A DNA stretch of 64,000 bases from NCBI RefSeq assembly GCF_036321535.1, contig NC_087437.1, positions 6,510,001-6,574,000 on the forward strand, written 5' to 3'. The notes beneath the pieces are model-generated. The model was not told the origin of the DNA. It was given only the letters and a program-made list of their open reading frames with translations, and did no database searches. Numbering within the stretch: position 1 is the first letter of the stretch; each line of letters starts with the position of its first letter. The stretch is from Camelus dromedarius (Eukaryota). This document shows, piece by piece, positions 22,416-36,094 of this stretch. The translations under genes were made by a program, and so were the position numbers.

Positions 22416-24976
22416 GGGGAGGGGTGGTGAAATATACTTGTTTTTAGTATTCCTCCAATGAGAGGCAGCCTGGAACTCCCCATACAATATTTCAGATCGC
22501 TTTAAGATGTTGTCATGTCGGTTTCATTGTTATTGATGCTAAACACTCTAGGAATATCTCTGGCTCATGCAAAAAGGTCCTGGAATATTTCAATGATTTA
22601 TGAAACAAAGAAGTTTTCTCAGTGTCTGCGAAACAACAGTGATGGCTTCCACAAATGCAGTAGTAAGCACTTATTACAGCACCTGGAACACGGTTACCTG
22701 GTTGCTTTCTGTTCCATTAACAAGTTGTGAAAAAGTCTTGATGGAGCTTTTAGCCATAAAACATCTTTGAGTATAATCTGTTTTTAGAAGATTAATTGCA
22801 TCTGAAATAGTAAAGCAAATGATAAACAGCTTAAAGCAGACCAGAGAAATAGATCACGTTTCTGTTGAGGGCAATAATATTGTTCCACACTTAAGAAAAC
22901 TTTGCAGGAGAGAAACCTGGTAAGAAAAATGGGTTGAACCATGTTTATTAGATGAAATCCATTAGGATATTCCTGCCAAGGTGTGTTAAAGGGGAGAGAA
23001 TAAACAGGACCTTTTTCAGTTAAAAAAAAAGATGTAGAAAATTTTATTTTAAAAATATTTTTGGTTTATATAGTTATTTGAACCCCCCCATCCCCTGCCA
23101 ATACTCCAAACATTTATTTACTTACTTATTTTCAACCTGAAGTTTCAGAACAGACTGGACTCAAACCCAAATAAGTCCTGGGGGCTAGCCCAGAAGGATA
23201 CAGATGAGATCTAGTTGGCTGAAATTTCACTTGGGACAAAGATTTTAGTTAAAAGGGGGGACACAATTTGATGTGTCCTCTGACTCTGGAAGGAATACGG
23301 TTAGAGTGTAAGATTTTGCTTGTTATGTTTTAAATTCTTATTAGTAGAGGTCAAAGCACATTGTTGCTGATGATACCAATAAGAAGGAAGGACCACATCC
23401 GTGACTCACCACAGCTGAGCAGGAGAGGTTCATCCAGGTTTTGGTGCAGCTCTAAATGATTAGCAAACACTGAGAAACCCAGCTTTTGCCCTGTGGAAAG
23501 ACACACTTGATGACAAATAACACCCCTTAGAGTTTCAGACAGGCACACGGAAAAGATATGCTATTTCCCTGGGGGATAGTAGCATATGACATTTACCACC
23601 CCAAGGAGATGTTGCAGATGGAAAGTATTACCGATTCCAGAGGAGTCTTGAGACATATTTACAGATGATACACCCTTGGAAGTTTGACAGCTTCTGCAAC
23701 ATTGCAGAGTCTCTGGGCTTTGATGTCATTCACTAGCCATCCTTTAATGATGAGCCCAACATGCTATTCTTTAGACCTTAACATAGTATCTTCTATGTTC
23801 CAATTTCAGGGAAACCCGAGGTAACAACTTAGTATCTATTCAGCACCTGCTTATAAGGGATTAGGCTAGGCAGCGATTAATAAGAAATGAAAGGCATTTT
23901 TCTTATAAAAGTTGTTATTATCTGGTAAATAATAATAGTAATTATTATTATGCTTCCCCAGTCTGCATAAATCCTGGTTGAAACAGGGGCACATTAACAG
24001 TAGCAATACATATTTCACTGCAGGACCTCTGCTTCTGGAAAGGGTTTGGGCATTTCTTGCTGGGAGTCCCACATGGTTTCTGCTGGGTACCATGTATGGC
24101 CCCCATTTTCCTCCCCTCTCACTCTGGCTCCTGCTCTGTGGGCCTCCAGTCCTGGGGCACTTCACTGCCTCTGGGGCCCATGGACAAGATGCTCTCCATG
24201 GCATCCACCTCTTCTGCTGAGCATCACCACTACTGATGTGTGGGATTCCTCTGGTGGTAACCGTGCAGCACACCTTTTGGAGTTCTCAGGATGCCAGAGC
24301 CACATCATGTTCCTGGCAGAAGCCGATAATAGATGTCTCTCTGAATTTGGGTTCACACGATGAAGCAGGGATATTTGCACCAACTGTCTTACAGAACTCT
24401 ACTGCTCCAGTGCTTCCTATTTTTATTCATGGCTTTTCCTCCCTGATTCTTCCCCCATCCCCCATCGCTGCAGTTGAGAGTGGAGGCCAGTGAGAGTAGG
24501 GTGGACAAACCCAAGGGACACTTCTCAGCTTAGACTCATGCCCTCCCCCAATAACCATTGTTTTTAGATTGGCTTTTATATCTGATTCCTTTTCCCCATA
24601 GGATAGAATTCTCTTAGTTCTGGTTGTAAATAGACTTGTAGCTGGCCCAGTTTATCAGGCCTGCAGGCAGGATCAAACATCATAGGCTGAAGTCTATTAA
24701 TAATCATTTACATTTGAATCTCATCACAGAGCATTTTCGTGGACAGTACCTCATTTTTCCCACCAGAGCCCAGAGTCATACAGCTGAGACTTTCCTGCAC
24801 ATTTCATAGTGTAGCGTTCAGCTCTCTTTACTCCCTGGCCACCACCCCTCTCTGTTAATTTCCTCTCTCCACCTCTGCATCTCTCCGAATGTATGCCTTG
24901 CCCCAGTCACAGAGAGAGAATCATGTGCAATTTCCTGAACTCTCCACATTCCCTTTGACCTTTGTGACTTCACACC

Positions 24977-25340
24977 TGTCTTAGATTGGGCTCCCTGGGA
25001 ACAGACTCTGAGATGTAGCACCACATGGGAGGTGCTCTCGGGAGATTCACTCACAAAAGACATGAGGAAGGAAAGACTGCAAAGAATTGAGGAAGGTGAG
25101 ATTGTGAGCAGGTGAGGAAGGCAGAATTGGGTATCGGAAGAAGCTGATTTGCAATGTGGTGGCAACTAAGATCTCAGACAATCCTACAGGGCACATAACG
25201 TTGGGCAAGACAGTTCTCTGAGGCAGAGGGCATTTCTCAGTGAGGAACAAAGATGTTAGCAGTAAGCCTCTGCTATTACAGCAACCAGGGGATGGGTGAG
25301 TCAGCACTGAAGAAGGGCCCTGGTGGAGTACCAGAGTAGT
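24977..25340 (-). mobile_element. ERVL solo LTR (LTR16A-like)
   Basis: tgtcttagattgggctccctgggaacagactctgagatg...ggaaggcagaattggg...gaagctgatttgcaatg...ctcagacaatcctacaggg. Confidence 0.7.
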
Positions 25341-25599
25341 CATTGCACGTTTTCCTTCCACCTTAATGATCTTACCCAACTTAACTGCTCAAAATCAAGC
25401 CATATTTTAGTTTCTTTTATATTTACATCATTTTTTATCTTACACAACTAATTTTTCTTGGAGTTTCTAATTGACACTTTACCCCTCCCCCACCATGACA
25501 AAATAAACATATATTTTAATCTAACTGCTAAGATCAACTTGCTACTTTATTTTAAAATGAATGGACTGGAATATACTTTTTCCTTACACATGTTTTTCT

Positions 25600-26350
25600 T
25601 GGATCGCCTGACCTCATCTACTTTGGAACAATTGTTTCCAAGTTCTGTAGCACAAATCTCCTCCTGGGAAATGTTTTCATTGAACTGTTTTGGAAATAAT
25701 ATTTTTTAGATTCCATGTCTTCTTCCTTGTATTTCTGTTTACAGCCTCAAGTTACTTTTTACCAAGGATTAGTGGAGACAAACTTTTTGTCTAAAAACGC
25801 ATTATTTTGTCATGCAATAGAATGTTTGGTTCAAAATAGTTTCTACTCATAACTTTAAAGGATTATTCTGTGGTCTTCTGGTAGCTAATGTTGCCGATGA
25901 GAAGTCTGATGCCTCTATGATTCTCCTTGCTTTGCAGGTAACCTGTCCTTTTCTGGTGGCCATTTCATGATTTTCTTGTTATCTTCAGTAATTTGAAATC
26001 CCGTTACATTATCACTAAGGAAGAGTCTTTCTGAGTGCCTCCTGTGAGGCACTTTGTGATTGCCTTCAATCTCACGGCCCCTGTCTTTTCTCAGCTGTGG
26101 GAATTTGTCTCCAATTATTTTTTTCTCTTCATTCTCTTAGTTTCTTCTGGCATCTTGTTCATGAATCTCTTCAATTGATCTCCTGTGTATTTTCCATTTC
26201 TTTGTAATTCTCTTCCATGTTTTGGGTGATTTACACTTCTTTTTTTTCTTCTTTCTATCAAATTTATTATGACAGTCGTATTTTTAACTGCCAAAATCTC
26301 TTCTCTTTGTTTGCTCGTTTTAATGACTATCAGTTCTTGATTTACAAATG
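25600..26350 (-). mobile_element. Ancient HAL1/L1 ORF1-region remnant
   Basis: tgtggtcttctgg..tgttgccgatgagaagtctgatgcc..tgattctc..ctttgcaggtaacctg typical antisense HAL1/L1M ORF1. Confidence 0.6.
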
Positions 26351-29300
26351 CAGCTTTTCCACGACCTACGGCAAGGGAGCTGAACTTTCATAATTCTGAA
26401 TCTCTCAGTGATTAGAATAGCAAAGGTGGCTTGAAAGAAGTTCTCCAAAACAAGACCCTGAGAGATCTGTGGGAATCTGGTTGGAGAACTGAACTTAGAC
26501 CCTACTGATTCGATTTTGACTATGGTGAGACATTCTTTTATTCAGCCTTACGAACATGATTAAAATGAGTTGGCTCTCATTTTAAATTTGTTAAAATGCT
26601 ATCTTGGAATTTCTTGGGGCTTATCACAACTTTTCAGGCATTCTCTGAACCTCACTTATTGGCAAGATGGGATTAAAATAGAGCAGGAAAAATGGTCAAA
26701 GTTAAATAGATTCTTTCAAAGTGAGAAAGTATTAAGAGCTGTCATTACATAGAGACTTAGGCCACGAAATAGGAAGAGGGTTATATTCAGAAGTGTGGTT
26801 TTTATGAGGAGTGTGTAGAATGTTATCAGTTGTTAGAGGATTTTTTGGGCAAAGAATGAGAAGCTCCAATTTAAGAAGCTTTTCAGTTCTTCCTTATCCA
26901 TGATCTTCATTGCTGAAGTGGTTGCAAACAAATAAGTATTTACTGTAAATAAAGGATAAAAGACCAAGAAATCATTTCCAATACCGTGAGATGACAGTGC
27001 TGATGAGTCACTTCCTTCCTAAGAACTGAGATTAATCAAGATTTCAGAAGTCAGTTTCACATAATATGTTCGTGATATTTGTGAGTGTTGCCTAGGTGAA
27101 GATTGAGGTTGAATTGTTCCTGAAGGCTTTTTGGCATAAGCTTCACTGTATTTTTTTGAGACATGAGAAAAAAGAAGGAGTAACTTTTTGCCCTGGCAAA
27201 ACTTCCATGTTCCTCCCTAACCCTTCTCATAAAAATATCTTTATTTAATTTATTTTTGCAAAAGCACTAGATTGAGAATGCAGTGTGTTTGGGAAAAATC
27301 TGCAAAAGGGCTTTCCATTGGTAAATGGACCAGTCTTTGCCTCTAATCATTAATATATATGATGGCATTGCTCAAAGCTATACTATCTACCTATCAGAAA
27401 ATGTGTTCGTTTTTGTGAATGTAATTGGGTTAATGAATGCATTCATACAGGGGTACCAATTCTTCTCAACCATGTTAGATGGAAGTCCTGCCTTTTACTT
27501 CCTTGGTGTCTCTCCAGATGTGGTAGGACAGGGTTCCATGCACTTTGGGATGGATATGTTAAAGGCTATTGACGCATTGTTTCCTCTAAGACTTTGTTGA
27601 CAACCCTTGGAAATGCCCAATGTCAGTATAGATTTTGGGATCTATTGAGAAATAAGCTCTAAGGGAATACTCACCTTTGAAATTTTGAGAAAGGGAAGTA
27701 GCAGTCATACGGGCATGGAGATGACAACATTTATTAAATCTAAACAGTAAATGTAAAGTCACATGATCATTACTCTTTCATCTTACAACCTGTAAAATAA
27801 AAGAAATCAAGTTCAGTAGCTTCAAGCTGACACAAAAGACAGGTGTCCCCTGCTCCCTAGGACTCATCTCATTAATATACATACAGAAATAATATCATCA
27901 GCATCCTTATGTATTTTTTCTTATTTACCACTAACCCTTTTTAAAACCATTATTCCCTGTCTTGAATTTTGAAATATGGAGGCATCGATAACAAATTTCA
28001 AATAAGAAAGAAGCCCCACATAATAGTAGGTATGAAAACCTTCCCCACAGTTAAAGAGCTCTTGGTGTTTACTGCTCAGCAATTTCCCAGGCACCTATAA
28101 AAGGGCTTTCAGGTTAACTACTGCAAACCCAGACGTTATAGTCCTGTCCCATCCATCTTCAGAGTCCAGGAAACAGATCAATATTTGGGCTACAGGCGTG
28201 GAATCTATAAGCAAACCTTTCAAAGGCCCTCAGTCCAAGCAAGGACAATTCTCCAATTAAACATATAGCATTTTAGAAACCTATTTTGTTGTAAGTACTC
28301 ACTACATAAACTTTTTTGGTCTTTGTTAATGGTCTGGCATAGGTAAAGGTATGGACTTATTCCTTACCAAGAAAAGTCCAATTGAACATATTTTATTTAA
28401 ACTAATAAAGCACTGTGGAGAGAATTGAGGGTTGAAGGATTAGGTAATGAGTAAGAGAAACAAATGCAGATGAAATATGACTTCCTTCATGTTGTGTGTT
28501 TCAGGAAATATTTAATTCACCTGAATATGGCTATGAGTTATGCTTAGAGTATTGTATTAGAATTCCTAGTAGAAAGGGATTTAGATATTCACGTAAAGTT
28601 AAATATGGTTAGACAGTAAAATATTGATTGCTTACTACAAACAATGCAGCAGGGTATCTAACACTTGTTTTCCTTGTGGAACATAATAAGGTAATTAATT
28701 TATCTCTAGCTGAGTTTTATTTGTGGAAAAAAATTTTTTTTTGGTGGAATAGATTTAAATGCATTTTGTGTGTATCTCCAGCAGCTCTCTATTTGTACTA
28801 TAATAACCATGTGCAGTTTGTGGCAGGACTTTAATAGTCATCACCTTGGAAATGGGGATACTTTCTTCTTCTTTTAAATAGTGAGGTACAAGGCTCGGTA
28901 GTAAAACAGCACTCTGGATATAAAAGCTAATGACTAATAGGAGAGTTCTGACCCTCTGAATTGCGTTTACTCTTCACCAATGATTATGTCATTAGGAATG
29001 AATTAGATAGTCAATGAGGTGAATCTTCAAATCAAAGCTGCCACTTTGAAATTTTCAATAATCTGTTCGCTTGTAGGATTAGGGTAGTATTTAACAGCCA
29101 TTACTGTTCTGTTGCTGGGGTTAGGTGGCTGTGAAAAACAGTTTCCTTATGGTATCATTCTCTCTCTCTCTCTTTTTTTTTGGAGTAACTGTATTTTTTA
29201 AAGCCAGAGTTCTTTGAATACTTACTCCTGGTATGAACCACAAGCTAGAGCCAAAGTAATCTACTAATTACTCTCTGAAAATCACAGGAGAACAAAGAGT

Positions 29301-29749
29301 TGGGGAGTTGAATTAGAGGTTCAAGTACCCTAACCTTGGACATTCCAGAGATGTTGAGGGATGGCGATTCTGGCACCTGCCTCTTGTTTTTGTTTTTGTT
29401 TTTGTTTTTCCTGCATATTGTTTTTCTTATCTAAATAATGTAAAGAAACGTAATGACTATCTTTTTTTTTTTTTTTTGTCTGCTGGGAGAATCCATTTAT
29501 GACTTTTTAAATCTAGTTTTGCATACTCTCTCACTTTTTTTTTAACTGCAAAAACATTACTTTAGTTCTTTTGCGGGTACTCAACTATTTATACAAATTG
29601 GAATAATTGCTACAACAGTAGCCTCCGTTTCTTGCGTGTTTGTTGTGTGCTAGATGCCACGCTAGGGGCGTTATCTGCAGTTTCCCAGGTAGTCCTCACC
29701 ACACACTGTGAAGTTGCTGCGTGGGATAAAAAAGAGAACTGGCTAAGAT

Positions 29750-30100
29750 GCAGATAGTAATATAAATTTTCATTACATGCAGAGAATCACATTATTGATT
29801 GCAAACCTCCCTCCCCAACTCAGATTCACTGATTTAAAGGATAATATTCTCTAAGAACACAGAGCAAAAAATATAAAACTGACTAGTGGGAAGAAAGCAG
29901 ATAAATAATAATTCAAGTACCAAGGAACAATGTAAGAAGAAAAGTTGCATCAAAAACAAAACAAAACAAATCAACTCCAGGCCAATGGATTGGAAGAGTT
30001 TACCATGGTTCAGGCAAAGTTACTGAACTGGGTATTATCAAAATAGCAATTATTGATAAACATGTCTGGTGATTCTCTAAAGTTCAAAGATAAAGAAAAA
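29750..30100 (+). mobile_element. Possible HAL1/L1 ORF1-region remnant
   Basis: A-rich; ttctctaagaacacagagcaaaaa and aagttcaaagataaagaaaaa resemble sense HAL1. Confidence 0.4.
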
Positions 30101-30284
30101 ATTTCCTTTGAGACGTCTTCTTTGACCTAGGGATTATTCAGAAGTGTGTTGCATAAACTCTAGGCTTTTGAGATTTTCCTTTTTTGTTAAAAAAAATTTT
30201 CGGTCCACATGATACTGGGCATCAAATGAATATAAATTTCCTAAATGTGTTTGGTAGAATATGAAACTGGGATTTCTAATCAGT

Positions 30285-30530
30285 TACCATGATGACAGAG
30301 TCAAATATGTTTGGAAAATACTAAGTTAGACAAAGTTAAACAGATTTATTTCCTGCAAATATTAGCTCCTTTAAACCAAGAGCAATTAAGACCTTCCAGG
30401 AGTGAAGTGAAGTATGCAGTGTTTCCCAAACATTTAGTCACAGAGCCCCCTTACCTGTTTTTTTTTTTTTTTTCTCAATGAATCTTTTGGGAGTTGACTC
30501 TGAAGAATAAATTTTGGAAAAAATCTTGAC
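30285..30530. mobile_element. hAT-Charlie-type DNA transposon remnant (subfamily uncertain)
   Basis: gtcaaatatgtttggaaaatact...aaagttaaacag...tgcagtgtttcccaaac...tttggaaaa. Confidence 0.5.
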
Positions 30531-33104
30531 TTATGGCTGCTGAGGAAATTTTTAAGGATGTTCTCTAGAAAGAATCATGGCCCCCATGTTTCAGAGCAAT
30601 GGGTTGTTAATGGTTTCTTTCTCCAAATTGAAAGTAAATTAATATTAAAGAGAGTTTAAAAACACCTCTCCCATTGCCTCACGGCTGGGGAGCCTGCTGT
30701 TTTTACCTGCCTAAGGAAACACTGAGTCATAGAACACTTAAGTGACAGAGAGAGAGAGGGAGAGAGAATTTGAGGTTGGTATCTGGTTCATTGTACATGT
30801 TAGAAACAAAACTCAGTTATTCTGAGCACATCCTTTGGTAGTCATCATATATGCTAATTTCAAAGACTCCTTGTGTGCTGTCGTATAGTCCCTAGAAATC
30901 CAGACTGAATGGATTTCCACGGTCTGATTTTGAGTCAAGATTCCAAAGACCTGGTCATTTTAATGGAATTTTGGCTTAGAGGCTCATTTCTGTTCGGTTG
31001 TGCTACATGTTACTACAAGGCTACGATACCCTACAGATGAAGAAACTGAGACTCAGAGAGCCAGGAATTTGTTAACGTCACACACACAGTGAATGATGGA
31101 GCTGGTTCTTGAACTTTTTCTAATGCTTATGCTGTTCTCCTTGGCCACACTCTTCAGGATGAGTTGTAGTTCTTTCACAATGGGGCCATGAAATATTTAC
31201 CAAAACATCTCATAGTAGGGCTGTGATGAATATAATGTTACCAGGTAGTAGTTACTTATTAAACAGAAAGAATTGCATGGAGAGTTCCTTCCATAAGTAA
31301 GAATACCATTCTTTTTCAAGACTGAAACTTTCATTCAGTCCATGACCTTTGTAAACGAAAAAATGAATTATTTTAACAGTATTATGATTGGTTCTGTATT
31401 GTTTTCAAAGTATATGCTCAAATAACTTATTTCCTAAATACGCCTTTTGAGAAAATGACCTGTCAAAACAGAAGTCTGTTTTCTTAAATTATTTCCCTTT
31501 GAAACATAAATTTTTAGCACAATAAGATATATCCAATTAATGTTCTTTAGAGCAAAAGACATTCAATTAAGTTCATATTTCAAAGTTAACCTCTCTGAAG
31601 AACAGAGAGTTCACATTAAAAAAAAGTGTCCTTGATTCTAGTCTTTATACTTTATTCACTACTAATCAAGCCTAATTTGGGAAGAAAAAAAAATATATGG
31701 TTTAATATGGAATTGAGTAAGAACCTGCTGAATTCAAAGTTTACTTGATTGAAACAGTTGATGTTATTTCTGTTGTTAGATGGCATTCAAATGTAAACCA
31801 AGTAGACCCCAAATGCACCAAGACCAAGCTATGATTTTTTTTCCTTTTTAGAATTCATTGATTTTTGAAGTCTTTGGAACATTTGTTTGCTTTTTAAGAT
31901 GTCTGCCATCTGACACGTCCTTTGTAGGGTATTCAGAAACATGCTTACTTGCTCTTTGTTTTGTGTTAGGAGGTGAATTCATTCCCTGTAGCCTGGTTTA
32001 TCTGCATCTGCAGTAATTAGTTGGGTGGTGAATTAAATGAGTTACACCTGAGTTAGCTGAGAGCTTTAATCTGCCTGCATGAGTAGGAAAATTCTAAGCT
32101 TCCACTGAACTGAAAATCCAACTCACTGGCAGGATAGCGGGTGACAATGGTTGGAGCTAATGAGGTTCTGTTGGACGGGATTGAATAATCATTTAAAAAT
32201 CCATTCATTGGCTTACCTGGCTGTCAGGACAGGGCATCGTCACACATGTGGTATGGTTGCCTGGACCTCTGTACACTGTGGATAGTATAACCCTTTCGCA
32301 GAGTCCACCCCTCAAAACATCAACAACCACGTTTTAACAATAGAAGCAAATGTATGATGGACTTGTGTTTCTTAATCAAACTGAAATTCCGCATTTGGCT
32401 AACAGTGAGTTGAGGGAAAAAATGGCTGTTCCATCTTCTGTTTGTTTCTAAGAGCCAGCAACAAGCTCTTGGCATCAATATTCACAGTGGGTTTTCAAAC
32501 ACTCGGCAAAAAACATCAACAGCATCTGCTCACACCCCACCACCCTACCCCACATTCATTTGGTGGATGGCTGTAGCTAGCTGGGTGGTTAGATTCTGCA
32601 CCCTTCTGTATTTAAACTCACACTGTGGACTAACTTCAGAAAAGTTACTTCAAAACAGTTGAATTTTGTCTTCAGCCTCACTTATGAGGACCAGGCCACT
32701 TGACCAAATAGCAGAGCCAGTAAGTCAGTAACCTCTCTGACTTACTGAGGGGCCATGGCAATCCCTAGATACAGTTAAGGGTCCAGGATTTAAATCATGA
32801 CTCTGTAAGGGCTAGCTTTGAGATCTTGGTCAAGTACTTTAGTTTTAGTCTTAATTTTTCTTATCAATAAGTATGGGGATCAAATTATATTCCCTGTTTA
32901 CCCACAAGGTAACACCTTTTAATTGACAGGAGCTTTAAATATTTCCAATATTACATTTAAATAAATATATACTATCTACCTTCTGGTCATAGGTTTAATC
33001 CTCTGGAAAATGTCTAGCCCCATTCCACATGACAGATATTTGTGAACAGCTATTTTGCTGTTAAACCATTATGTTTCCATTGTAAGCACCCTGCCTTGCT
33101 GTGA

Positions 33105-33310
33105 TCACACCATGGTTTCCCACACCGTCATCCTTCTGCTCATACTCCTGTAGGAAGCAGCTGGTTTTCTCAGTGCACTTGTTAAGATGTGGTACTCCAA
33201 ATTGTACACAGTACTCAAGTTGGAGTTCTGATTGGATTTGATATATCCTTATTTTGCAGCATTCAGACTGCAGTCCCAAGATTGCTTTAGCTGTTTTGGG
33301 GAGCTAGATC
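33105..33310 (-). mobile_element. L3/CR1 LINE remnant (ORF2 C-terminal region)
   Basis: Minus strand translates to LEYCVQFGVPH (33187-33218), close to the CR1 motif LEYCVQFWAPH; also tgcagtcccaagattgctttagct. Confidence 0.8.
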
Positions 33311-33394
33311 ATTGAGATTTTAGTCCATAAAACCCACTAATATTTTTATATCAACTTCACGTGCATCCGTATCAATCTTGCTATACTTAATAGT

Positions 33395-33546
33395 AGCTAA
33401 CAGCTAACTTTTATCAAGTGCTTACAATGTACAAGGCACTGTACTATATGGTTTGCATATATTAAATGTTTAAATCTCATAACAAACTTAGAGGCAAAAT
33501 TTGTTATTCTCCCTGTTTTACAGATGAGAAAACTTGGACTTAGAAT
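33395..33546 (-). mobile_element. MIR SINE (3' half)
   Basis: aacagctaac...gtgcttac...aggcactgtact...ttttacagatgagaaaact. Confidence 0.8.
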
Positions 33547-33549
33547 GAA

Positions 33550-35085
33550 ATACGATGGATTTTTTTTTTTTGTGTTGACCTTGTATACTGCAACCCTGCT
33601 AAGTTGATTTATTAATTCTAGAAGATTTTCTTTGTGCGTTCCTTCCTTCCTTCCTTCCAAGTTCATTGGAATTTTCCTTATAGACAATTGTGTTGTCAGC
33701 AGATGGGATAGTTTATCTCTCCTTTTCCAATCTGTGCGTCTTTTCTTTCTTTTTCTTGCCTTATTGCAGTGTCTAGGACTTCCAGGACAATATTGAGTAG
33801 GGGTGGTGAGAATTGACATCCTTGTCTTGTTTCTGATTGTTGGGGGGGAAAAATTCAGTCTTTCATTATTAAGTATGATGTTAGTTGCAAAAAAAAAATT
33901 TTTTTTTTTTGTAAATGTCCTCTATAATTTTGAGGAACTTCTCTTTTATTCCTAGTTTGCTGAGAGATTTTAAGAAATCATGAATGGGTGTTATATTTTG
34001 CCAAATATTTTTTTCTGTATCTATTAATATAACCATGTGGTTTTTCTTCTGTCGGCTGTGACATAGTGAATTATACTGATTTTTAAATACTAAAACAGTC
34101 TTACCTTTCCAGAGAAATCTTCCTCAGTTGTACTGTATTTTTTTTTTTTAATATATTGCTGGTTTTGATTTGCTAATATTTTATTGAGAAGTTTTATGTC
34201 TTTCAGAGGGATACTGGTCTGTAGTTTCATTTTCTTGTAATGTCTCTGGTTTCGGTATAAAGGTGATGCTGGACTTGTAAAACTAGTTGGGGCTTGTTCC
34301 CTCCATTTCTACTTTCTGGAAGAGAATGCGTGGAATTGGTGTCATTTCTCCTCTAAACACTCGGTAGAATTTGCCAGTGAAACCATCTGGGGCTGGATAT
34401 TTCCTTTCCAGAATGTTTGAAGCTACAAATTCAATTTATTTAATATTTTTAGAATTTTTAGATTATCTATTTTATTTTGGGTGAGTTTCAGTGGTTTGTG
34501 GTTTTCAAGGAATAGGTTCGTTTCATCCAAGTTTTTGAGTTTAGATGTGTAGAAGTTCATTATGATCCTTTTAATATTTTGGGGGCCTGTGGCGAGTTCT
34601 TCTGTGTCATTTCTGATACTCTCATCTCTCTTCCCTCTTCAGTGTCGTTAGAGGTTTATCAGCTTTATTGACATTTCAAAAAATCTTTTTGTTTCATCTA
34701 TTATTTTTCTCTGCAGTTTTGTTGATTTCTGCTCTTACCTCTAGCAGTTCCTTTTTTTGCTTAAGTGGGGCTTCCTGTGCCTTTTCTTTTCTAGCGTCTT
34801 GAGGTGGAATCGTAGAGAATGTTCCTTTAAAAAAAAAATTAACACTATGAATTTTTCTCTAAAGATCTTTTTCAGTTCAAAATATTTTCTAATTCCATAG
34901 GGATTTTTTTTTCTCTTTTATCCATGGATTTAACTGTGTTTTGCTTAATTTCTAAGTACTTGAAATTTTTCCTGTTATTTTTCCGTTATTGATTTATAGT
35001 TTAATTCTGTTATGATCAGAGAATATGCTTTGTATGATTTAAATTCTCTTAAATAGGCTAAAGTTTTGATTGTGACCCCTGGATA
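33550..35085 (-). mobile_element. Old L1M ORF2 (RT region) remnant, frameshifted
   Basis: gttgaccttgtatactgcaacc, gacatccttgtcttgtttctgat, ttcctagtttgctgagag, ggtagaatttgccagtgaaaccatctggg are antisense L1 ORF2 signatures. Confidence 0.85.
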
Positions 35086-35279
35086 TCATCTCTAGCTACA
35101 AAGGAAAGTCAGTCTCCAATAACCATGTACCCTCCGGAGTGAAAGGGTCACTTATGTATCAGTCCTTTGTTAAGGATTTGACATATGGGTGATACATTTT
35201 GTTTTACAGCAATGAAAAGAAAAGAGACAAAACTATTGTGAGAAATCAGAGATAAAATTTACATTAGCAACTTAAGAAA

Positions 35280-35694
35280 TGTAATGGGTCCAGGAGTGGA
35301 GGTGCAGGCTGGGAGGTAATTAAGTCTGTATTTTAGTATACAAGATACAGTTTGCTTGGTAAAACTGATGGGATGGGAACTCCAGGAGAGAAGGAAATTC
35401 CGGTTTCTGTGTTCTTCGAGGAGGAGGGTGATCATATCTGTCTTTGTCGTTGGCTAAATTCTGTCCTCTGCAGGCCCCAGGCTGGTGTCTGCTGCTCCTT
35501 GTGGTCTGCTGAACCTCCACTGGGATGTGGTTAGCCAGCAACTGCCGTATCCGCACGCCTGCATCCGTGGCTCACTGCAAATTAACCCCTGGCCACTGGA
35601 TGCCACTCTTCTGTCAGAGTTCTGGTTTGCCCACCTCTTGCTGTTAAACTCCTACCAGTGAATAATTATTTCTGGTTTCTGCTCAAGGGTTACA
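35280..35694. mobile_element. Possible ancient Gypsy-like solo LTR
   Basis: Bounded by TGTAA...TTACA inverted termini; GC-richer than flanks; no TSD retained. Confidence 0.35.
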
Positions 35695-36094
35695 GTATGA
35701 AGTCTGATGAAATTGTTTAACTGATCATAACGTCCATCTCTCCAGCGAGCTGACGCCTGGCTTAGGCAAACCACAGAAAGTTTCAGTTCCAGTTTGCTTG
35801 TCTCCTGGTTTAATGTGAGTCATCAAAACCTCTTCCATTCCCCAGGCTTTCTCCCGTTGCGGCCAGCTTGCCGAGGCCAGAGCTCAACACTTCATGCGGG
35901 TCCCTCTCCTTGTCTTCAATCGAAGCCATTTGAGCACAATTATGTTCTTCTCTGCGGCCTTCTGTCTTGCTGCACCTCCTCCCTGACTCTCCGGGCTGAG
36001 TGAGGTTTCTCTTCCACCGAAGTTTCCCTGCATCTTAGATGTATTTAGATTGAACAAATTGTAATAACTTGTTTATCTTGGGAGGCTGGTGGGA

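Noticed and set aside
24000..24500. GC-richer stretch with several overlapping ORFs
   Set aside because: Possibly an old LTR that I could not assign; the ORFs show no recognisable homology, so neither call is supportable.
33397..33819. 140-aa ORF with a basic NLS-like stretch (KARKRKKRR)
   Set aside because: Off-frame translation of a decayed L1 ORF2 running into a MIR.
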